A stretch of 63,520 nucleotides of DNA, filler included, from Welwitschia mirabilis (Eukaryota): the NCBI GenBank assembly GCA_051453625.1. It is 7 parts of one record of this genome, joined end to end, with 100 filler letters (N's around TTAATTAATTAA, not from the genome) between each part and the next. Parts side by side here need not be neighbours in the genome. Positions count along the whole stretch, not along the records: positions 1 to 21,758 come from JBOZIK010000001.1; positions 21,859 to 42,707 come from JBOZIK010000001.1; 5 more parts are not named here. One strand, written 5' to 3'. Both the position numbers and the translations under genes were made by a program. The notes beneath the pieces are model-generated. The model was not told the DNA's origin. It was given only the letters and a program-made list of their open reading frames with translations, and ran no database searches. This document shows positions 12,961 through 23,579 of this stretch, piece by piece (within the stretch, counting starts at the first letter, position 1; the number at the start of each line of letters is the position of its first letter).

Positions 12961-14048
12961 TTTTAGGATTGGCTATCCTAGAGGTGAGGATTAAATATGA
13001 TATATTAGACAATTTTTACAATTTAAATCCTTAATACTACATTTGCACAATATGAGATTTCANNNNNNNNNNNNNNNNNNNNNNNNNNNNNNNNNNNNNN
13101 NNNNNNNNNNNNNNNNNNNNNNNNNNNNNNNNNNNNNNNNNNNNNNNNNNNNNNNNNNNNNNNNNNNNNNNNNNNNNNNNNNNNNNNNNNNNNNNNNNNN
13201 NNNNNNNNNNNNNNNNNNNNNNNNNNNNNNNNNNNNNNNNNNNNNNNNNNNNNNNNNNNNNNNNNNNNNNNNNNNNNNNNNNNNNNNNNNNNNNNNNNNN
13301 NNNNNNNNNNNNNNNNNNNNNNNNNNNNNNNNNNNNNNNNNNNNNNNNNNNNNNNNNNNNNNNNNNNNNNNNNNNNNNNNNNNNNNNNNNNNNNNNNNNN
13401 NNNNNNNNNNNNNNNNNNNNNNNNNNNNNNNNNNNNNNNNNNNNNNNNNNNNNNNNNNNNNNNNNNNNNNNNNNNNNNNNNNNNNNNNNNNNNNNNNNNN
13501 NNNNNNNNNNNNNNNNNNNNNNNNNNNNNNNNNNNNNNNNNNNNNNNNNNNNNNNNNNNNNNNNNNNNNNNNNNNNNNNNNNNNNNNNNNNNNNNNNNNN
13601 NNNNNNNNNNNNNNNNNNNNNNNNNNNNNNNNNNNNNNNNNNNNNNNNNNNNNNNNNNNNNNNNNNNNNNNNNNNNNNNNNNNNNNAGTCTATTTTCCTT
13701 TATTTCTAATGTAGCATCCTACTGTAAATAAATAAAACTTTTATGGTTGTCCTCCATCAAAATAATTGGGATATTATGGTAATCCTCAACCACCAATACA
13801 AGCCAAATCCTTAGCTTATAGCCATAATACAAAGCATGTAGGTGTTAAAGAAGAGATAAAGAGTAGATCCCAATTAAAGCACCATGGATAATTTTTCCCA
13901 AAAAGATGTTTTATCAATACAAATGTTCAATTATATGTAGATGATAGATTATAGCTATTATAGGGTACTATGAATAATGTAAATAATTGTTGGAATCCTT
14001 GAAATGGATGGTTAACATCTGTAAGAGAATTTTTAATGGTTGTCACTA

Positions 14049-14085
<37 letters not shown>

Positions 14086-14568
14086 CACTAACCATTAGCC
14101 TAGCGGTCGATCCCATGAGCTAATAGTTAAGTCCTCTTGATATGTTCATTGTATTTTTAGCTATGTAATTGATCTTAAGTCTAGAGCTAGTCAATATCTA
14201 ATACTATATTCAAACATATTCTATGGGCAGTTAACCCCTAGATTTTCTAGGTTAACCCTAGCAGTGAATTCCTTGCATATTAATAGTCGATCCCTTAAAG
14301 ATATGATGGAGATTTTGAGATTAATAAGCAATTGACCTCCTGTAGAATGTCAATTAACTGTCTAGGAAATTTTCACCATTTTAATTATTTGATTAGTCTA
14401 GGTTTACTTAATGATTTATTTCACTTAATCCATAATTTTATAAGATTCAACATATGCTCCAAAATGGCTTTAAGAAACATTCCATATTAATCTATAAAAT
14501 ACCAACATTTTAGTAGTTCATTAGACATTATTTGGTGTTCATTAATAGAGAAGTTGAAAGGTGTAATA
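12961..14568 (-). repeat. SIRE LTR with a PBS on one side and a PPT on the other (contains a 624-N gap)
   Basis: PBS remnant abuts 12961. PPT aaagggaaag (minus, 14571-14580) abuts 14568. Decayed GTCGAC-core repeats at ~14100-14360. Confidence 0.65.
14055..14082. repeat. (AT)n microsatellite
   Basis: Direct reading. Confidence 0.95.
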
Positions 14569-15049
14569 ATCTTTCCCTTTATTATTAATGATAATCAACT
14601 TATCAGTGTGAACCTTATTCCTTAAAATGATGCTCCTCATAATTGATTGCTTCCCTTAAATATATACATTTTACCAATTAAATCAAGTTATACATGTATT
14701 AGATGTTGAAAGAAACTAAAATTAGAAAAATTCTTATTATGATGGTATACTAGAGTTATTAAGTCATTCCAGGCAAAAATATAGATGAAGATAACAGACA
14801 TGTTATCATAGTCAAGTAAAGTTTATAATACATGTAAGTTTAAAAAAAAAAGAAAATAAAAACAAATGCTGCATCCATTTTAATACAACACTATTTAATA
14901 CTATTATTTATCTTCCTCTTTGTTATTAATGGCAAGTGAGATATGAATAGAAGAAAATAGATAAATTGTAAAATTAAAAATACAAATACTAGTCATCCTC
15001 ATTGGAGGATAAAGTGTAATGAAAAGAGCCATGGCTAGTGATGCCCTAT

Positions 15050-16569
15050 GAATAACTAGTGGGAGAGGGATGAGTAGATACAGTGATTGAGAAAGAAGCA
15101 GGCATAGTGAAGATTGAGCCCTGAGGAGTAGAGAGATAGCTATACATGAAATGGTGATGCATTTACTAGAATGATGCTCAAGTTCCATGATATGATGAAG
15201 AAATATCCTACGATGNNNNNNNATAAGATGGTGTACTAGGGCCTCTATTCAACTAGATGATGGAGTAGGGGCCTCATGTTATGTCTCCTCCTCCTCTTCA
15301 TCTAAGTGCTCTTGCTCCTCTTCCTCCTCAAAATCTTCACTATCTACTTCAACTTTATCATCTGATTCCGTAGTTGATTCCTTCTCAAATTCTAATATCT
15401 CTAAGATCTCCTTGATCTCCTCCCCTACTAGCTCTTCCTCTTTCTCCTTACTTGAAAATTCTAGTTGAGGAGTAGGAGAGGATATAAGAGAATATGATCA
15501 TGTCGACAATGAAATATAGTAAGATTCTAAAATCTATTTAGCCCTCCTCATCTCATCTAATAGATACAAAATCCACTACTGAGATCTTTCTTACTCATAC
15601 ATCCTAGCATGAAGAGATGTAAGAAGGTCCATCATCAGATTTGTAGGCCCTTTGGAGCATGTAGCATATGTATGAGAAGATGAAGAAGGTGCATGGAAGA
15701 ACTCTATGCCTTTATCACATGAGGGTCTTTGAACAAGACCTGCCTCAAACATATGCATGTAAGCCAATGCAAAATAGTTAAGAGTCTAGGAAGACTTGAG
15801 TATGATGACATTTTATTATAGTAGAGGTATGCAGAAATGGTGATACAATGCCATAACCAAAACTTTATAGTGAAGAGTTTTATTCTTGAACTGAATGATG
15901 TGTACTAGAAATTTAAAAATAACAAGTGAAGAATAAAACTTTTACTATGATATATACAATGAAGAAATCTAAGCTTGGAAAAGTATGACATCATCCCTAT
16001 GTCCATCAAGAGGAAGAAGGATGTATCTAAAAAAAATATATAGGACTCTATATAGTGAAGTTAAATTTTCTAGCTCTAAAGATGGTTGAGGAATCCCAAT
16101 CAAAGTTAGCACCACAAAGGTCTAAAGCATGATAAAAACACTGAGGATAATCAAACTCTAAGAATAGAAAATTACAAACTCCACCACAAGGAGTATGAAG
16201 AACCTGAGTAATAGTATCTAGAGTAATTCTAAAATCAACACCTAAAATTATGGTCTTCAACACTTAATTCCAAATGAATGTGATCACTACATTGGCATAG
16301 AATAAACCAACAACCTCTATAATGGCCTTTAAATAAGGATTCAAGAGAAGTTTCCACTCCTAGCACTAAAAGATCTATTCCACTAAAATAAAAAGAGATT
16401 TAAATGAGATGACTTGGATCTCTCTTTTCCTAAGCATGGTTTTAGATTTGAATTCAAAGCTAAAGAACATTCATGTTGGGCTATCCATGCAAGCAAATAG
16501 ATCCTTCTATCTAGAGGTAGAGGCTTTGGCCTTCTTTCCCTTTGTAGAGCATGAAAGTCTAGGAGTCAT
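15050..16569 (-). pseudogene. Sirevirus extended (env-like) ORF remnant
   Basis: Starts MTPRLSCSTKGKKAKASTSR, contains VVGLFYANV and ILGVDFRITLDTITQVL, and has an acidic C-terminal tract. Lies between RNase H and the 3' LTR, as expected for Sireviruses. Confidence 0.75.
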
Positions 16570-17499
16570 CTACAGTTGAATCACACTATTATAACTACTG
16601 ATAAATTATAATAGCATAGTTATAGTTCTAACAAACTGAAAGTGATTATTCCCAAAATACACATCATATAATGATCATAAATCAACATGCGCGATGCATA
16701 AAAGATGAAAGAAATATAAAAGAATTTTAAGAAAATCAAGTTCATGTAAAAATTAAAGGAAATAAGATTCATTCAAATAAATGAGTGAATTATAGTAGAT
16801 AATAGATTAATTAAATAATTTAAAATTTTAGTATAATTACACAATCTTCAAATTAATACAAAATTCACTATAAGGTGTTTATGATTCATGTAGAAATGCA
16901 ATTACAAAAAGAATACTAGTTTAAATTTAATAAAAGAGAATGCAAAGAAAAAAGATAAAATGAAAGTTTTAAAATACTAAACAAGAATGAGATATATTTA
17001 AAAAAACTAGAAAATGCTAGATAAAATTAGATGAAACATGTAATTTGGGAGGAAATCTTGAAAACGAATGATAAAAGGATAAATAAATTCCTTTAACATG
17101 TTAATATAAACTTAAAATATCTTTGAAAAAGGTCAAAGAATACCAGAGAGTAAAAGGAGAAGAGTAAAAATGAAGATTTTAAATGAGAGCCCTCCCTCAA
17201 ATTTATAGAATGGCATGAGTTAATAGTGAATAATCGATCCCTAAATTTTATGTGGTCAATCATTTTGAATGGATTAACTCAATTTTAATTGAGCCATTTA
17301 ATATTTAAAGAACACAGATCACCTAGGGTGGTTGAACTCCTAATAGTTAGATCAACTGACTATTGATTAATAAAGATCAAGAGAATTATGATCAATCAGA
17401 GAAGTCATCAACTAGAGTTGATGCACTATAAAATAGGTTAATCCATAAGAAATCATGAAAAAAATCTAAATAAAAATTAATAATATTAGTAATATGAAT

Positions 17500-17842
17500 T
17501 GAAAAGAGAAATAAAGAAGAGGTCATATTTGAAGAATATTAAAATTATGGTAAGGATAGAATGAGATAGGATTTTGAATAATTCAAGGGTAAGAACCTAA
17601 GTTTAAGGATTTACACAAGAAGATGAAATGGTCTTGAGAAAGAGGTTTTGTTAGTATATGAACTAATTAGTTCTTAGTGGGGACATACTCAAGTTTGATA
17701 TCCTTAAAATCTACATGATCTCTAATGAAGTGATGATGAATGTCAATATGTTTGATTCTATAATGAAGGACATGATTTTTGGAAATGCTAATTACACTAG
17801 AATTGTTATAAAAAATCAGAGTGTTACTTTAATAAATATCAA
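17500..17842 (-). pseudogene. SIRE-C RNase H C-terminal part
   Basis: IFYNNSSVISISKNHVLH...HIDIHHHFIRDHV...LEYVPTKN*LVHILTK. Confidence 0.9.
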
Positions 17843-20800
17843 TGTTACATCACTAACTTATGTATATTTGATAGGGTATTCTGAGTTGTTTTATAGGTGG
17901 ATTAGCAGATAAATGCTTAGTTCTCATGATAATGGAGAACCAAGATGAAAAGAATGAAAACATGCAATTTCCAGATAAAATACAAGTATTTTGTATAGAT
18001 ATGGATAAATGATATTTTTGGATAATGATTTCCACAAACAACAAAGAGATTAGACTAACTGAAGATCAATAAAAGACCATCATCCACCCCATTGTCTGGA
18101 CATCAGTGTAGATGACATCACAGGTAGTTAAACTAGAGTAAACTAAGATCTAACCTATTAGTTAGGATTGTCTCCTATATCATCTAGACGACAAAGAGGA
18201 TGACACTATTTTCTTACACTTCCACCAAATGTTCACCTAAGTTATCATCACTTTATTGTGACTTTTTTTTTGCATGTTAGTTAGGGTTTTTCCTATGCTG
18301 TTCTGTTAGTTTTCCTTTCTTTTCTATCTATAAATAAGGGTCTCCCCTTAATTCCTATTCATCTTTGATATTACCTGATATACTTGTGACAGAAGATCGA
18401 AGGACTAAAAAACCATTCTGTAATTCTAAAGAGATGTTTTCTTGGTGTTGGACAGTGTTTTATCTATTGAGGAGCAGCTACTTTGTAATATGAATGTTGC
18501 ATGCATTTTTAATATGAATGATCTTCTTTTGTATTTAATATATGCAGGACCTTCTCCCTTATAGTTTATGTTATTTCAGATTCGGTGATAAACTTCTTTT
18601 CTAATATAGATTATAAGGACATCCTTTGTCAAGGTTGAGCTTAGTTAGTTTAGGTTTGTCGTTATTTCCTTTTCTAGATTAGTTTTACATAAATATGTTT
18701 TATTTCAATTTCATGCATTGCAATTTATTTCATTAGATTAGGGTTACACAATTTCCTTTTTAAAGCAACTCTTTCTTTTCCATACTTTGTCCTTCGATAG
18801 AAATTATGACATTTCGGATTACTCTCATCTATACTAGTGTTTTTTGTTTATGCATATTAATTATGATTAATAGAATTTAGCTCAAGACATAAAATGTTAC
18901 ATAGATACACACTACAACAATGATACTAATGAATTTGAAGACATCATTTTCTAGAAGATATCACTACTTAAGCCTATCACAATAGTCCTTCATCCCTGTT
19001 TCTATAATATGCATACATAATTTCATTTCGTGAGTCATTAAAGTTATATTTTTATGATTTTTGTATGTGTATAGCATTCATTTATTATATAGTAACATGC
19101 TTAAGTAGGGGGCTTACCAAATTTCTTCAGTATTTGTATCAATTACCTATTGGTGATATCATTTTCTTACACGATTAGTGAAACTCAATTTACATTCTTT
19201 CAAGAACTATTTTATCTTAGTTAAATCGACTCACAATTTTGTTAGGAATTGATAAAGTTAAGGAGAGGGCTATGTTGTGATGCAAATTTATAGGAATTTG
19301 ATGGTGTATTTCGAGTACTTTTGTAAGACATTCACATAAGTTTTGATGCAATACTGATAACTATGGAGACCTGACAGGATGATCAGTAAAACATGTGATC
19401 CTTAGTATTTTTGGTAGTTTCATAGGTCTATTCTGACACTGCATATTTGGAAGAAAGAATTCATGATGCAGAAGACTAACTTACCTTTGACATTAGAGAA
19501 AAGGAAGATTGTCATCCCCTATGTCATCTCTACAACAAGTAGTACTATGATACTACTAATAGGGACAGAGGCTGTAGGGATGATAGTAGCAAATGGAATA
19601 CATGGAGACACGTGACACATGGATTTATCCCCTATGTCGTCCTCATAAAAGGTAGGACACCGTTAACATGGATAAAAGTTGTGGGGCTGATAGTGGAGCA
19701 TGGAGACATGTAACACATGGTGTCCTGTATGTCATCCCAATGACAAGTAGGACAATATTTGTTTTTATATGTTTAGAAGAAATATCTTTGTAAATAAGGT
19801 AAAGTGACTCATGTGGGTTGTTAGGATTTTGTTTCCCACCTTTAGGGTTTTGCTTCTAGAACTTCCAATGCAAAACTATAAATACCCTTTCCCTCCTTTA
19901 TTTCTAGCTCCATCTTTTGTATCTGATACTTGTGACGAAGGATTGAAGGGTAAGAGATCCATCTAGAGCTACAAAATGGAGTCTCCTTAGTGTTAGGTGG
20001 AGCATCTTTCATTAAGGTATTACTATCTGGTTTGTAAGTAGATGTAATATTCTTGAATACTCTTTGAATTAATATAATTTCTCTTTTAATTCCAATTCTA
20101 TAAATGTCTCTTATGGTTTACATTAATTATAATTTATTGTAACAAGTCTATGATTTATTTATATCATAAGGGAAACCTTTGTTAAAGTTAAACTTGGTTA
20201 GTAGTAGATTTACATTACTTTTTTATTTCATTTCATATTGTGTTTATTATCTTAGTTGGACATATCTGATAGTTATATTGATTAAGAACTAGTTGTATGC
20301 CCTTCTTAATTGATATAATTTATAGAGAATGTATTTCTTATGTTAGAATAACTAAGATCTAAGAAGAATCCATTTTCATTTCCATTCACTGCATTCCATA
20401 TCAATTCATCTTGCATTGCTTTTTCATTATTACTTACTTTCAATATTAAAAGACAAAAGACTAAAATTACCTTTGGAAATCAATTCTCTAACTCTAAGCC
20501 TAGTGCCTTTATTGGGATTATGACATTCAAGTGAACTCCCATCTATACTAGCTTGTTTTTTTCTATATGCTATTTGATTTATAGGTTTACCTAAAGAGCT
20601 TTAGGATTGCATAAATTAAAATTACAATAATGACTCTCATTACTAGGGAACTCAAGTATTTATAACATAGGACGAATAGTAGGACTAACAATAAGGCTTA
20701 AGTTGTATAGATAATTTAGGTTCCCACAAGGCTTAAGTTTTATAGATAGTTTAGGTTCCCATAATCCATCCTTTCTAACCCTGACTAATAGGTGTAAATA

Positions 20801-21298
20801 ATAATATAATAATATCTCATAAANNNNNNNNNNNNNNNNNNNNNNNNNNNNNNNNNNNNNNNNNNNNNNNNNNNNNNNNNNNNNNNNNNNNNNNNNNNNN
20901 NNNNNNNNNNNNNNNNNNNNNNNTTTATTTTCATACTGTGGCCTTCAATGGAATTATGACATTCAGATCACTCCCATCTATACTAATGTATTGTATTTGT
21001 GCATATTAATTATGATTAATAGGATTCAGCTCATGACGTAAATGTTGCATAAATACACATCCTAATATCTTGGGGCCATTGCTAAAAAAGGTTGCTTGGA
21101 ATTCGAGAGTTATCATTGCTTTGGTAAATATTCCAGATGTTTGTTGCAGCAGCAGTGTACTAGTACCTGCTGTAAGTTTTTTGTTNNNNNNNNNNNNNNN
21201 NNNNNNNNNNNNNNNNNNNNNNNNNNNNNNNNNNNNNNNNNNNNNNNNNNNNNNNNNNNNNNNNNNNNNNNNNNNNNNNNNNNNNTTTTTTTTTTTTT

Positions 21299-21334
<36 letters not shown>

Positions 21335-22616
21335 TGCTAACCTCTAACATCTCCTTCATTGTACAGACGTCACAGTCAAACAATTGTCCTATTTTTTGCT
21401 TTTCCTCTTTCTATGATTTTCTGTGTTTCTGTCATCCAGGTTATCATCTGGATGACATATAGGATGGAACCTTTTCAGATAGTATTTAAATGGCTAAAAT
21501 TGGAAAAAAGGAAAATTATTAAAGAGAGCGACAGTTAATTGCTGAAAACATCAGAGAAGGTTTGATAAATTTTGAAATAGAAACAAATCAAAACAGCAAA
21601 AGTATGCAAGATTTAGAATTTCTTGAAATTTTTGCTTTTAATTTTGTAGAGTCTGATTTTTCTACCATGTTGACCTCTAATCAAAAATAAAAATAACCTA
21701 TCTTTCCAAATTCACCCCCTGTCATTGGAACCCTTACTTCTACTCCTTCTTGACCTAANNNNNNNNNNNNNNNNNNNNNNNNNNNNNNNNNNNNNNNNNN
21801 NNTTAATTAATTAANNNNNNNNNNNNNNNNNNNNNNNNNNNNNNNNNNNNNNNNNNNNTATTAGTCTACATTATCTCCTCTATCGTTTGAATGACTAGAA
21901 GGATAATAATGTTCTCTCATCCTTTTATGAAATATTCCCCTTAGTTGTTACCACTTTATTATAACTTTTCTTTGCATGTTAGCTAGGGTTTTCCCCGTAC
22001 TCTTCTATCAGTTTCTCTTCCTTTGCTATCTATAAATAAGGGTCTCCCCTTTGATTTCTAATCATCTTTGACAGTACCTAACATACTCATGATAGGAGAT
22101 CTTGGGACCGGAAAAACATTCTGTAATTGTAAAGAGATGTTCTCTTAGTGTTAGGCGGCGTTTCGTCCATTGAGAAATAACTACTTTGTAATATGAATGT
22201 TGCATGCATTTTAATATGTATTATTTTCTTTTTGTTTAATATATGTAGGAATTTATCCCTCATAGTTTATGTTATTTAAGATTCAGTGATAGGTTTCTTT
22301 TGTTATATAGATTATGAGATAGCCTTTGTTAAGGTTGAGCTTAATTAGTTTAGGCGCATCATTATTTCTTTTCCTAAATTAGTTTTGCATAAGAATGTTT
22401 CATTTCAATTCCATGCATTACAATTTATTTCAGTAGATTAGGATTACATAATTTTATCTTAAAAGAAACTCTTTATTTTTTATACTTTGGATTTTAATGG
22501 AATTATGACATTTGGATCACTTGCATCTATACTAGTGTGTTATGTTTATGCATATTAATTATGATTAACAGGATTTAGCTCAAGATGTAAACGTTACATA
22601 AATATGCACTACAACA
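17843..22616 (+). mobile_element. Athila-like Gypsy block of four same-strand LTRs inserted in SIRE-C RNase H
   Basis: LTRs at 17843-18919, 19273-20629, ..20924-21067 and ..21859-22616. Flanks atcaa/ctcaa give a 4/5 TSD. PPT at 19255-19270, PBS tggggccattgct at 21071-21083. Confidence 0.75.
21759..21858. other. Artificial scaffold spacer N-TTAATTAATTAA-N (also at 42752, 52211, 54701, 56252, 61927)
   Basis: An identical 12-mer with stops in all six frames, centred in 100-nt N blocks, occurs six times. Confidence 0.95.
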
Positions 22617-23579
22617 CTCAAGATCAAGTAAGATATGATGAATCCATAAGACTTAGGTAACACAACTACTACTAGTACATGTTCAGCTTCTACAGTGAAT
22701 AAGGCTATAAAATTTTGTTTTTTATAAGTTCAATTTACTATGATTCTAGCAAATAATAATGACCACTAGTTCTTTCCCTGTCATCTCTAGAACTAGCCTA
22801 ATCAACATCAAAAAAGTTAGATAAATTTAAATTGGTATCTTTTAAAAACCAAATTTCATAATTTAGGTCCCTTTTACATACCCGAGAATTCATTTGTTAG
22901 ATTTAAGATGAGATTCTTTAGGTTTAGAATAATACTGACATAGATTCCTACTAAAAAAGTGATCTTAAGATAGCTTGAGATTAAGTATGAAAGGCTAAAA
23001 ATCATGCTTTTATAAATTTTAATATCAACATCCTTCCCATTTTAATTGACATCAATTTTTTCATTCATTTCCATTATGGTTGATGCTTGTCTAGATTGAT
23101 CTAGACCAAATTTTTTGAGAAGTTTACTTACAAATTTTTATTGAGATAAGAATGTGCCATCTTTTCTTTGCTTTACCTATAATCCAAGAAACATTTATAA
23201 ATCACCTAGATGGATCATTTCAAAATGGTTAGTTATAAGCTTAGTAAACTCATGAGACATAGAATCCATGGTTATTCCCATAAATTTACACAAGAAATTT
23301 GAGTTTATCATTTTTATAAATATATTTTTATCACTTTTACCTTTAATAAATTGATGAGCTAAAAGAAAAGAGGTAAATTTTTGATATCATGCTCTAAGTT
23401 CTTGTTTGACTTCATAAATTCCCTTTTTCAACTATAAACATAATGAAGATTTCCTAGTTCTTCAAAACTAAGGAATTTTTCTACATATACAAGTTCATTT
23501 AAACTTTCATTTAAGAAAATACTTTTCACATCCATTTGATAAATATTGAAATTATAGTAGCAAGATAAGGCAAGAAAAT
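22617..23579 (-). pseudogene. SIRE-C reverse transcriptase / RNase H N-terminus
   Basis: FNIYQMDVKSIFLNE; FEMIHLGDL*MFLGL; IALFTVEAEHV; LWIHHILLD. The catalytic YVDD appears deleted (LV*IY joined to G.T near 23280). Confidence 0.9.

Larger units (their letters stand above)
9008..14568 (-). mobile_element. Sirevirus (SIRE) copy A: LTR, PBS, gag, protease, integrase, 5' part of RT
   Basis: PBS remnant at 12946-12958 and LTR end ttttaggattgg...gaggtgagg. Gag starts MECQPINLSLYFNNYNYEF*K. Domain order is Copia-type: PR, IN, RT. Confidence 0.9.

Noticed and set aside
13043..13714. Long ORFs in the supplied track (also 28.3-29.0, 43.0-43.9, 47.3-48.5 and 56.7-57.9 kb)
   Set aside because: They consist mostly of X from N gaps.
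18910..18919. CACTACAACA here and at 22607-22616 as CACTA transposon ends
   Set aside because: They are the 3' termini of Athila-like LTRs (inverse of the tgttgt start), have no subterminal repeats, and host RNase H resumes after 22616.
20693..20763. 35-bp tandem duplication (also the 11-bp duplication at 1260-1287)
   Set aside because: Simple local slippage duplications with no further structure.
21286..21333. Poly-T run as a retroposed poly-A tail
   Set aside because: It abuts a gap in the T-rich Athila leader, with no LINE/SINE body or TSD visible.
21803..21814. TTAATTAATTAA palindrome recurring six times
   Set aside because: Always centred in 100-nt N blocks. It is an artificial six-frame-stop scaffold linker, not biology.
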